The position numbers were made by a program, and so were the translations under genes. This document shows positions 1 through 10,019 of a DNA stretch of 37,451 bases, piece after piece. This DNA comes from Myxococcales bacterium (lineage in GTDB: Bacteria; Myxococcota; Myxococcia; Myxococcales; Anaeromyxobacteraceae), in assembly GCA_038320275.1 (NCBI GenBank), contig JBBQEB010000014.1, forward strand, positions 1 to 37,451, written 5' to 3'. Position 1 is the first letter of the stretch. The number at the start of each line of letters is the position of its first letter. Below the pieces are notes generated by a model. The model saw nothing but the letters and a program-made list of their open reading frames with translations, ran no database searches and was not told the DNA's origin.

Positions 1-687
1 CTGTCCTGCGTCATGGTGCCGGCCTTCGTGGCGCTGTTCGGGGGAGGGCTCCTCCGCGGCACGCTCCCCGCGGGCGGGGCCGCTTCGAGCCCGGTCTCGA
101 GGGCGGTCCCCCTCTTCGTGGCGGTGGTCTATGCCCAGCTCTCGCTGCAGGCGTTCTGGCTCAACCCGTTCGGCTACGACCGCGGCGGGGCGCGCGCGCT
201 CTTCCTCGCGCCCGTCTCTCCCGAACGGATCCTGATGGCCAAGAACGGCGCTCACCTCCTCCTCGGCCTCGTCGTGGGCGCGCTCTCCATCGGAGCCTAC
301 GCGGTGGTCACCGGAACCCCCAGCGTGTGGGCGCTCCTCTCCTCGGCGGCGCTCGCCCTGGGCCTCGCCCCGGCGCTTCTCGTCACCGGCAACGTGGTCG
401 GCACGCTCGCGCCCAGGGCCGTGCCGGCAGGGATCCAGCGCGGCGCCGCGGTGTCGCCGCTGGCTGGCCTCGCGGGCATGGCCGCCCTTTCGGGAGCGGG
501 ACTCGCCTTCGCGCTGCCCGCGCTCGCTGCCGTCGGCTGGGAGCGACCGGCCCTCGTGCCCCTCGCGTGGGCGGGCCTCGCTGCCGCTGGTTGGGCCGGT
601 TGGTTCGCGGCGCTGCCCGCCATGGGGCGCCTCCTCCAGCGGCGCAGGGAGGCGCTCCTGGAGGTGGTGTGCGGGGACGAGGTGTGA
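1..687 (+). CDS. C-terminal part of a polytopic membrane protein, probably an ABC-2-type permease (5'-truncated by the window)
   Basis: Frame +1 is open from base 1; several hydrophobic helices; NPFGYDRGGARALFLAPVSPERILMAKN loop resembles ABC-2 permeases. Confidence 0.65.
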   Translation: MSCVMVPAFVALFGGGLLRGTLPAGGAASSPVSRAVPLFVAVVYAQLSLQAFWLNPFGYDRGGARALFLAPVSPERILMAKNGAHLLLGLVVGALSIGAYAVVTGTPSVWALLSSAALALGLAPALLVTGNVVGTLAPRAVPAGIQRGAAVSPLAGLAGMAALSGAGLAFALPALAAVGWERPALVPLAWAGLAAAGWAGWFAALPAMGRLLQRRREALLEVVCGDEV

Positions 688-717
688 AGGCGCGCCCGCG
701 GGCCTTCCGGACGCTTC

Positions 718-2262
<1,545 letters not shown>

Positions 2263-2299
2263 GTGGACCTCTCGGTTGATCGACCACGCGTGACGGCGC

Positions 2300-2328
2300 A
2301 TCCTAAGCCCCGTGCCCGGCACCGTCCA
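2300..2328 (-). promoter_or_regulatory. sigma70-type promoter for gdhA
   Basis: TGGACG-17 nt-TAGGAT upstream of the RBS. Confidence 0.5.
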
Positions 2329-2384
2329 TTTTGGGGAGACGCGGCGATGATCGCGCCCCTGCGAGGGAAACCGCGCCGGGATTC

Positions 2385-3530
2385 TCAGCGCCGGAGCAGG
2401 GCACCGACGCGCAGGAGCCGGCACACGCGCGCCGCCGACGCCTCGATCAGCTCTGCGCCCCGCGACATGCACTCCTCCAGCGTCATGGCCTGCGGTACCA
2501 CGCTCGCGAGCGCGTCGATGCCGTGTGCGAGAACGTCGTCCGCGCCGTCCCCCAGCCCGCCGGCGAGGCACACCACCGGGACGCCGTGACGCTTCGCCAC
2601 GGCCGCCACGCCCACCGGCGCCTTGCCCATGGCGGTCTGGAAGTCGGTGCGTCCCTCGCCGGTGAGCACCAGATCGGCCCCTTCGACGATGGCCTCGAAG
2701 CCGGTGGTCTCGAGCACGATCTCGACCCCGGGGCGCAGCCGCGCCGGCGTGAAGAAGAGCAGTCCCGCGCCGAGCCCGCCCGCCGCGCCCGCGCCGGGCA
2801 GTTCCGCCACGTCGCGCCCGGTGGCGGCGCGCGCCACCTGGGCGAATCGTCCGAGCGCGGCGTCGAGCTCCTTCACCATCTCCGGCGTGGCGCCCTTCTG
2901 CGGGCCGTAGACGGCCGACGCGCCCCGCGGGCCGGTGAGCGGGTTGTCCACGTCGCAGGCTACCAGGATCTCGGCGGTCGCGACGCGCGGGTCGGCACCG
3001 GCGAGGTCCACCGCCGCCAGCCGCGAGAGCGCCCCGCCGCCCTCGGGGAGGTCCTGTCCACTCGCGTCCAGGAACCGGATTCCCAGCGCGCGGGCGAGCC
3101 CGGTGCCGCCGTCGTTGGTGGCGCTGCCTCCGATGCCCACGATGAGCTTCGTGAGCCCGGCGTCGAGCGCCGCGCGCACCAGCTCGCCCGTGCCGAAGGT
3201 GGAGGTGATGCGCGGGTCGCGCCGCTCCTTCGGCACGAGCGGCAGCCCCGAGGCGGACGCCATCTCCAGCACCGCGGTGCGGCCGTCGCCGAGGATGCCC
3301 CAGTGCGCGTTCACGGGTTCGCCGAGCGGCCCGCGCACCGTGCGCCGCTGGAGCCGCCCGTGCGTGGCCGCGACGAGCGCCTCCACCGTGCCCTCGCCCC
3401 CATCGGCGATGGGCACCTTCCTCACCTCGGCGTCCGGGAACACCGCCCGCACCCCGCGCTCCATGGCCTCGGCGGCGCCCAGCGCGGAAACGCTGCCCTT
3501 GAAGGAGTCGGGGGCGATGACGACGCGCAT
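2385..3530 (-). CDS. glxK: Glycerate kinase (GlxK/GarK family)
   Basis: VIAPDSFKGS, PIADGGEGT, GIGGSATNDGG, VYGPQKGA, GAGAAGGLG, TGEGRTD, GKAP. Confidence 0.95.
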   Translation of the reverse strand: MRVVIAPDSFKGSVSALGAAEAMERGVRAVFPDAEVRKVPIADGGEGTVEALVAATHGRLQRRTVRGPLGEPVNAHWGILGDGRTAVLEMASASGLPLVPKERRDPRITSTFGTGELVRAALDAGLTKLIVGIGGSATNDGGTGLARALGIRFLDASGQDLPEGGGALSRLAAVDLAGADPRVATAEILVACDVDNPLTGPRGASAVYGPQKGATPEMVKELDAALGRFAQVARAATGRDVAELPGAGAAGGLGAGLLFFTPARLRPGVEIVLETTGFEAIVEGADLVLTGEGRTDFQTAMGKAPVGVAAVAKRHGVPVVCLAGGLGDGADDVLAHGIDALASVVPQAMTLEECMSRGAELIEASAARVCRLLRVGALLRR

Positions 3531-3588
3531 GGGAGCCTCCGGGTCAGAGTCTATGAGGGAATCCTCGGAGGAATTTCTTCACAGGCTC

Positions 3589-5208
3589 TCAGGGGACGAG
3601 GTGTGGGAACACGAAGGCGTAGGCCCAGACCATCAGGCCGACCACCACCAGGTAGGCCACCGTGTACTTGATGGTCTGCCGCATGATCTTGCCCTCGCTG
3701 CCGAGGAGGCCGACGGCGGTGGCAGCGATGACGATGCTCTGCGGCGAGATCATCTTTCCCGCCGGGCTGCCGGCGTTGCCTGCCGATGCCATGAGGTAGT
3801 CGGAGAGGTGCAGCCCCTGGGCGGTGAGCTTCTGGAGGTTGCCGAAGAGGGCGTTGGAGGAGGTGTTGCTGCCGGTGAGGAACACGCCGATGGTCCCGAA
3901 GATGGGCGCGAGCACGGGGTAGACGCTCGCGCTCACCAGGCTCACCAGCGTGTTCGCCATGGTCCCCACCATGGAGATCTGCTTCACGCCGACCGTGCCC
4001 CAGACGGCGAGCTTCGTCTTGGGGTCGAGGATGGGCAGGGTGAGGTTCATCACCTCGGAGATCGAGAGGATGGAAGCGACGGCGATGAACGACGGGATCA
4101 TCTGCTTGAAGGTCTTCCCGAACTGCTGCCCGTACGTGCGGAGCGGGATGCCGAGGAAGGGGAAGGCGATCAGCCCGGCGATCAGCATGATGGTGCCGGG
4201 CGTCTGCAGCCAGGCGAACTTGTAGAGCTTGCCGGGGTTGTAGATCTGGAGCTGGAGGAGCAGCCACTCGAAGCCCTTGGCGGTGCCGCCGAAGATGCGC
4301 TTGGTAGCATCGAGGTTCACGGCGATGACGAGCACCGCGAGGAGCAGGTAGGGCAGCCAGGAGAGGAAGAGCTCCTTCCCGTTGAAGGGGCGGGGCTTGG
4401 CCACCCCAACGCTCTCGCCCGGGAAGAGCCAGGGGTCCTTGGTGCGGGCCCTGCTGAGATAGAGCGCGGTGGCGGTGAGGCAGACCAGGGAGGCGATGAC
4501 GTCGGTCAGCTCGGCGCTGATGTAGTTGGAGACGATGAACTGCGTCACGGAGAAGGAGAGCCCGGTGACGAGGACGGTGGGGAGCGCGCCGCGCAGCCCC
4601 TTGCCGCGGGACATGCTGAACACCGTGGCGAACGCCATGAGGAAGGCGAGCGGCGCCATCAGCCGGCCGGTCATCATGGACAGCCGCATGAGGTCCATCT
4701 GCGTGGTGGCGGCGAGCGTGACGGTGGGGATGGCCAGCGAGCCGAACGGCACCGGGCCGGTGTTCGCGACGAGGCACACGAGCGCGGCCATCATCGGGTC
4801 GTAGCCCAGCCCGACGAGGATGCTGGCGGGGATGGCGACCGGCGCCCCGAAGCCGCAGATGCCCTCCAGGAAGGCGCCGAACCCGAAGCCGATGAGGAGC
4901 GCCTGCGCCCGGCGATCGACCGTCAGGTTGGCCATGGCGCCCTGCATCTTGTCCATCCAGCCGGTGGCCTTGAGCGTGTTGTAGACGACCAGCGCGCCAA
5001 ACGGGATCCACATGATGGGAAAGAGGCCGAAGAGCGCCCCCTGCACCGCCGCCAGCAGGGTCACCGAGGGTGAAAAGCCGAAGTAGGCGATGGCGATGAG
5101 GACGGTCACCGCCCAGGCGATGGGGGCGACCCGCACCGCGGGTTTCATGAGGATGGGGAGGCCGACCAGCAGGACGAACAGCGGCAACGACGCGACGAGA
5201 GCGCTCAC
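3589..5208 (-). CDS. lctP: L-lactate/glycolate permease (LctP family)
   Basis: Many TM helices; FLEGICGFGAPVAI, ANTGPVPFGSLAIP, GVFLTGSNTSSNALFG, GKMISPQSI; GGAGG RBS before GTG. Confidence 0.92.
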   Translation of the reverse strand: MSALVASLPLFVLLVGLPILMKPAVRVAPIAWAVTVLIAIAYFGFSPSVTLLAAVQGALFGLFPIMWIPFGALVVYNTLKATGWMDKMQGAMANLTVDRRAQALLIGFGFGAFLEGICGFGAPVAIPASILVGLGYDPMMAALVCLVANTGPVPFGSLAIPTVTLAATTQMDLMRLSMMTGRLMAPLAFLMAFATVFSMSRGKGLRGALPTVLVTGLSFSVTQFIVSNYISAELTDVIASLVCLTATALYLSRARTKDPWLFPGESVGVAKPRPFNGKELFLSWLPYLLLAVLVIAVNLDATKRIFGGTAKGFEWLLLQLQIYNPGKLYKFAWLQTPGTIMLIAGLIAFPFLGIPLRTYGQQFGKTFKQMIPSFIAVASILSISEVMNLTLPILDPKTKLAVWGTVGVKQISMVGTMANTLVSLVSASVYPVLAPIFGTIGVFLTGSNTSSNALFGNLQKLTAQGLHLSDYLMASAGNAGSPAGKMISPQSIVIAATAVGLLGSEGKIMRQTIKYTVAYLVVVGLMVWAYAFVFPHLVP

Positions 5209-5425
5209 GTGTTCCTCCGCGATGTGAAAGCGCGCCTACCCTATTCCTCCGGCGGGGCAAGTCCAGCGGGAAAGGCGGTCCTGGCGCCGCGACTCATGCG
5301 AGTCGACAGAACGAAGTGGGCCGTGCGCTGCGCTCGCGGGGAGAGCTCGGCAGGGCTGGAAAAGCACTGCGGTCCACCACACCCAGGATAGAAGGACGAG
5401 GCACATTTCGAATGGGAGGCGAGGC

Positions 5426-5872
5426 GTGGCGGAGCGCATCGAGGTGGAACTTCCGGAACGCTTCACCTTTTCGACGGAGATCGCGATCCGCATCGGCGAC
5501 GTGAACTATGGCGGGCACGTGGGCTACGACACCGTGCTCTCCATCGTCCACGAAGCCCGGGTGCGGCTCTTTGCTGCGCGTGGCTGGACCGAGCTCGATA
5601 TCGGCAAGAGCGGCATCGGCATCGCCATCGCGGCTGTGGCGGCGGTGTACCGCGCCGAGGGCAAGTACGGCATGACGCTCGCGGTGGAGCTGGCGGTGGG
5701 CGGCCTGCGCTCGCGCGGGTGCGAGCTGTGGTGCCGCCTCTCGGACCGCGCCTCGGGCCGGGAGGTCGCACGCGTGCGGACCAGCCTCGTCTTCTTCGAC
5801 TACGCGACGGGCAAGGTGGCCAGCATGCCGGCCGCGTTCGCGGCCGCGTTCCGCCCGGCCCCCGAGGGATGA
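5426..5872 (+). CDS. Hot-dog-fold thioesterase (4HBT/YbgC-like)
   Basis: RIGDVNYGGHVGYD...HEAR, FFDY C-terminal motif; GAGG upstream of GTG. Confidence 0.88.
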   Translation: MAERIEVELPERFTFSTEIAIRIGDVNYGGHVGYDTVLSIVHEARVRLFAARGWTELDIGKSGIGIAIAAVAAVYRAEGKYGMTLAVELAVGGLRSRGCELWCRLSDRASGREVARVRTSLVFFDYATGKVASMPAAFAAAFRPAPEG

Positions 5873-6188
5873 GCGAGCCTGGGGCGGGGGATCCGCTCGG
5901 GGGCGGCATAGGGCACCTCCCTCCGGCTCCGGTGAAGCCCCTGCGTGCGCCGGAAGCGCCGAGGCGGGCGTGGTGCTGCTCGCCAGCGGCTTTCGAGGGT
6001 TCCGCGCGCGCAAGGCGCCGCCGCGGCTCCGCAATTCGGGGCAGCCTATGCGAGGGGAGCGGCTCTCCCGTAAGCTTACTCCGGCAGGATCCACGGGACC
6101 CTCGTCGCTCGAGGGCGAGAGACGCCGGTGCCGCACGGCGGCGGTCCACGCGGAAGCACCTTTCCCGCGCGAAAGAGAGGCACGGTTC

Positions 6189-7100
6189 ATGAGCTCGCAC
6201 GACGCCTACAGCGGTCTTCCCAGCAGCCCCGAGGAGATCGCGGACAGGCGCGCCTTCCTCTTGAAGACCGACGCCGTGCTCCGGGGGCTCGTGCAGCTCA
6301 AGTACTTCTCCTGGGAGATCGAGGGCGCCGAGCACCTCCCGCTCTCCGGGCCGGTGGTCTTCGCCATGAACCACGCCGGCTGGTTCGCGCTCGACACCAT
6401 CATCGTGGGCTGCTCGGTAGCGCAGGCCATCGGCATCGCCCGCGCCCCGTACTTCGCCGCCTACGACGCCGCGCTCACTGCGCCGGTGATGGGTCCATAC
6501 TTGAAGCGGATCGGCGGCCTCCCGGCGACGCTCTTCAGGCACCCGCAGCGCCTGCCGCGCGAGTTCGAGTCGTACGGCATCTGCCCCGAGGGCGTGGACG
6601 GGAACACGAAGCCGTTCTGGAAGGCCTACCGGATGCGGGAGTGGAACCGCGGGTTCGTGCGGCTGGCGCTGGCGCTCGAGGCCACCATCGTTCCCGTGGC
6701 GGTGTTCGGGGGCGAGGAGTGCTTCCCGGTCGCCTGGAAGCTCCGGCTCCTGGAGCCGCTCATCGGCTCGGCGGTGGGCCTGCCGCTCTCGCCGCTGCCG
6801 CTGCCGGCGAAATGGAAGGTCGTCTTCCACGAGCCGGTGCAGGTGACGACGCCGGGCAAGGCGGTCCGCCGCTCGCCGCAGTGGTGCGATGCCCTCGCGA
6901 CGCGACTGCAGGGGGTCGTGCAGGAGACGCTCGACCGCGAATCCGCCCGCCGGCCCCTGGCGCGGCTCTCCGGCCTCGTCGCCACGGTGGCGAACCGCCT
7001 CCAGCCGGTGGGCGGCGCGGCTGGCCCGAGGGCCCCGGACCCCCTGCTCGGCCCCGACGACCCGCTGGCGCTCGCTCCAGTCGAAGCGAGGCGTCAGTGA
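6189..7100 (+). CDS. Lysophospholipid acyltransferase (PlsC-like)
   Basis: NHAGWFALD (HX5D-type), CPEG, GFVRLAL...IVPVAVFGGEE; ATG 6189 after GAGAGG. Confidence 0.88.
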   Translation: MSSHDAYSGLPSSPEEIADRRAFLLKTDAVLRGLVQLKYFSWEIEGAEHLPLSGPVVFAMNHAGWFALDTIIVGCSVAQAIGIARAPYFAAYDAALTAPVMGPYLKRIGGLPATLFRHPQRLPREFESYGICPEGVDGNTKPFWKAYRMREWNRGFVRLALALEATIVPVAVFGGEECFPVAWKLRLLEPLIGSAVGLPLSPLPLPAKWKVVFHEPVQVTTPGKAVRRSPQWCDALATRLQGVVQETLDRESARRPLARLSGLVATVANRLQPVGGAAGPRAPDPLLGPDDPLALAPVEARRQ

Positions 7101-8191
7101 CGGATCCCTCGCCGATCCGGCCGGGGACCGGGCGCGACGAGACGGACGAGAGCCTCCGGGCGGAGCGCGAGAAGACGGATCGCGAGCTCGAGCACCGCCG
7201 CGCCGCGGCGGAGGCGGGCGCGGACGAGGTGGTGCGGATCGCCCGCACCCGCGCGGCGGACGTGCTCAGCGCGGCCCGGGAGCGGGCCGACGATAAGCTG
7301 CGGGGGGACCCTCCGTCCGCGAAGGCGCAGGAGATCCTCGACGGGAAGCGGGAGCGGGCAGACGAGGCGCTCGGCCGCGAGCGGGCCGTGGCCGAGCGCG
7401 CCCTGCTTGCCGAGCGCGAGGAGCGCCGCTCGGCGCTCGCCGAGATCCTGCGCCTCGACCGCGGTGAGACCGATGGCCGCCTCCTCCTCGAGCGCGCGCG
7501 CTCCGACGAGGTCGTCCGCACCCGCGACGACTTCCTCGCCATGGTCGCGCACGATCTCCGGGCGCTCCTCGGCGGCGTGGCGCTCCACGCCTCCACCCTG
7601 CTCAAGGGCGCCGGCGACGACGAGGTCGGGCAAAAAGTGGCGCGCTCCGCCGCCGGCATCCGGCGCTTCACGGCGCGCATGGCGATCCTGGTGAACGACC
7701 TCGTGGACGTGATCGGCATCGAGGCGGGACAGCTCGCGGTCTCGCCCGGGGAAGGTGATGCCGGGGCGCTGGTCCAGGAGACCCTAAGCACCTTCCAGGC
7801 GACGGCCTCGACGAGGGGCATCGAGCTGCGGGCGGAGGCATCCGCAGCGCCGCTCCCGGCGCGGTTCGATCAGGAGCGCATGCTCCAGGTCCTGGCGAAC
7901 CTGGTCGGCAACGCGATGAAGTTCACGCCCCGCGGTGGGCACATCGAGGTGCGCGCGAAGGCCGCCGACGAAGGCGTGCACCTCTCGGTGGTCGACTCGG
8001 GCGTCGGCATCGCCCCCGACCTGCTCGAGACCGTGTTCCAGCGCTTCTGGCGCGCGTCGACCCACGACCGAAGCGGGCTCGGCCTCGGGCTGTTCATCTC
8101 GAAGAGCATCGTCGAGGCGCACGGCGGCCGCATCTGGGCCGAGAGCGACGGCGCGCATGGCAGCACCCTTCACTTCACCATTCCACGGTGA
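7097..8191 (+). CDS. Soluble sensor histidine kinase with charged coiled-coil N-terminus
   Basis: H-box AHDLR, N-box NLVGNAMKF, G1 DSGVG, F-box FQRF, G2 GLGLGL; GTG start overlaps the upstream TGA (GTGA). Confidence 0.92.
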   Translation: MTDPSPIRPGTGRDETDESLRAEREKTDRELEHRRAAAEAGADEVVRIARTRAADVLSAARERADDKLRGDPPSAKAQEILDGKRERADEALGRERAVAERALLAEREERRSALAEILRLDRGETDGRLLLERARSDEVVRTRDDFLAMVAHDLRALLGGVALHASTLLKGAGDDEVGQKVARSAAGIRRFTARMAILVNDLVDVIGIEAGQLAVSPGEGDAGALVQETLSTFQATASTRGIELRAEASAAPLPARFDQERMLQVLANLVGNAMKFTPRGGHIEVRAKAADEGVHLSVVDSGVGIAPDLLETVFQRFWRASTHDRSGLGLGLFISKSIVEAHGGRIWAESDGAHGSTLHFTIPR

Positions 8192-8289
8192 GCGGGGGGC
8201 TTGGGGGCTGCTTCACGTCGATCCGGCGAGCAGGGTCCGGCGCCAGTGTCGCGGCACGAGGACGGCGGCGGATCGGTGGCCGCCGTCGC

Positions 8290-8460
8290 TCCCCACCGGT
8301 GGCCGCACTCGACGCAAGCCCACGTGGAGTCGCCTCCGTCGCCTCGGATGCAGCAGCCACCTGCCACGTACCTGGACTTCCAACGGTCATCCACGGTTTG
8401 CGGCTTGGCGTAGCACCGTCAGAGCTGCGTCCGAGGATGTTCACGATGCGTCGCGCGCCC
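8290..8460 (-). pseudogene. Fragment of a small Cys-rich zinc-ribbon-like protein
   Basis: YAKP...YVAGGCCIRGDGGDSTWACVECGHRWG in one frame with a stop just upstream; RRIVNIL lies in another frame; no N-terminal CxxC. Confidence 0.45.
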
Positions 8461-8519
8461 ACCAAAGAGTCTGCGCCTGCCGACGTGGCCCGACAGGCCA
8501 GCGTAGCCCGGCAGCCGCC

Positions 8520-8984
8520 GTGGCCCGGCAGGCCAGGGGCGCGGCAGAGCGGCAGCTGCGTGCGCGGCGGGTGATCCCGGTGCCCCTGCCGCTCCGCATC
8601 GCGGCCCTGCTCGCCGCTTCCGTCCAGGCCCTGCGAGAGCGCCTCGGGACGCAGCTCGCGGCCGGACCCTGCCTGGCGCTCCTCGCCCAGCACTTCGTGG
8701 AGACCTGGCGGGGCGTCGTGAAGCCCGCTCGCACCCGTTCCAGGAAGGTGCGCGACCGCGACCGGGGGGAATGCCAGGTGCCCGGCTGCAGCCACCGGGC
8801 GGCGCACGCCCACCACGTCCTCTTCCGCTCCCAGGGCGGCGACGACGAGCCAGACAACCTCGGCGCGATGTGCGCTTTCCACCACCTGCGCTGCGTCCAC
8901 GGCGGCTTCCTCTGAGTCGTCGGCCGGACGCCCGCCCTGCGCTGGTCTCTTCGCGGCGAGCCCTGGGAAGGGCCGCGGCCGTAG
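8520..8984 (+). pseudogene. 5'-truncated HNH endonuclease remnant with an internal stop
   Basis: RDRDRGECQVPGCSHRAAHAHHVLFRSQGGDDEPDNLGAMCAFHHLRCVHGG; TGA at 8913-8915 followed in frame by VVGRTPALRWSLRGEPWEGPRP-TAG; no credible start codon. Confidence 0.78.
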
Positions 8985-9100
8985 CAAGGGACTCGGCACC
9001 TGCGTCCGCGGTCGTGGCTGCAGACGCGGCCACCCTCCCGGGCAAGCGGATCCCCAGCAGTCCTCAAGGGTCCTATCCTCGCTCCTACGCTCTCCGCCAG

Positions 9101-9186
9101 ATGGGGAAAGAGTGGGGAGAAGAAGACGCGAGCCAGCCGACGCCCGGCCGGCCAGCTCCGCGAATAGCTGATTTTATTCAGGAAGT
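9101..9186. mobile_element. Possible att-site scar of a tyrosine-integrase element at the tRNA-Thr 3' end
   Basis: TGGGGA repeated at 11-bp spacing (9102, 9113) and an AT-rich IHF-like box (minus strand AATCAGCTATTCG) directly beyond the CCA. Confidence 0.4.
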
Positions 9187-9262
<76 letters not shown>

Positions 9263-9272
9263 AAGCGGGCGC

Positions 9273-9301
9273 GTTCTAGCACCGGGGCGGCGATGCCGCA
9301 A
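9273..9301 (-). promoter_or_regulatory. sigma70-type promoter for tRNA-Thr
   Basis: TTGCGG-17 nt-TAGAAC with TG extended -10. Confidence 0.6.
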
Positions 9302-9360
9302 GCTGGGGCACGACCCGCGCGGGAGGCGCCGCATGACGCGACGTGTCTTACGTTAGTCGT

Positions 9361-9669
9361 ATGGCGAAGATGAAGACCGTTGACCCCAAGGTGCTGTCCC
9401 GTCAGCAAGCGCAGCTCCAGCGCTCCAGCCGGCACAAGGTGCACATCGGCGACGACACCGGCGCGGTGGCCGGCAGGGCTGCCGAGCTGGCCAAGGTGCG
9501 CGCGATGCAGCAGGCGCACCGGGCGGAGCTGGCGGCGGCCAACCGGCCGCTGGTGGGCATCATGGGCGACCTCCTCGTGAGCGGCACCCAGCTCGCCAAG
9601 GCGGCCGTGACCGCGCCGTTCCGGGTGATGGGGGCGCTGAGGCGCCGGCCGAGCCCGACCCAGGGCTAG
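9361..9669 (+). CDS. Hypothetical helical protein, 102 aa
   Basis: Strong GC3 codon bias, protein-like composition; TACGTT box 6 nt upstream of ATG. Confidence 0.75.
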   Translation: MAKMKTVDPKVLSRQQAQLQRSSRHKVHIGDDTGAVAGRAAELAKVRAMQQAHRAELAAANRPLVGIMGDLLVSGTQLAKAAVTAPFRVMGALRRRPSPTQG

Positions 9670-9717
9670 GCTTCGATCAGGCCGGGCTGGGTGACGCGCA
9701 AGCTCCGAGCGCCGGTT

Positions 9718-9836
9718 CGTCCAACCGGTTGGACGCCTTCCCGCCCGCGCCGCCTCGCAACGAAGGTCGCTCACCGGGCGATGGCTTCTGCACGCCCGCG
9801 CGACGTTTGACCGCCGCGTCGTTCAACCGGTGAACG
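9718..9836. repeat. Two related palindromes (REP-like or operator-like)
   Basis: Perfect 18-bp palindrome CGTCCAACCGGTTGGACG (9718-9735) and variant CGTTCAACCGGTGAACG (9820-9836). Confidence 0.7.
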
Positions 9837-10019
9837 CAGTGCCTCGGGCGTTGGGGGGCGCGCTCGAAATTGGCTCGGGCGCCTGAATTCGCCAGATGTG
9901 GAGGTCACGCCAGCTGGACCGCGCGATCAATGGGCTCCCGATGCCCGCCCCCGCGCGCCGAAAGGCGACCCCTGGGAGCGGAACAGGATCGTTCGCCGTT
10001 CCCTGTCCACTCGCGCTCC

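Noticed and set aside
5873..6188. Riboswitch or ncRNA in the 316-bp gap before the acyltransferase
   Set aside because: Only short GC hairpins and a possible TAAGCT -10 box; no recognisable aptamer motif
8913..8915. TGA in the HNH ORF as selenocysteine or programmed readthrough
   Set aside because: The position does not correspond to a Cys ligand and the gene is already 5'-truncated; a nonsense mutation is simpler
9718..9836. Mini CRISPR array
   Set aside because: Only two short, non-identical repeats with an 84-bp gap and no cas genes
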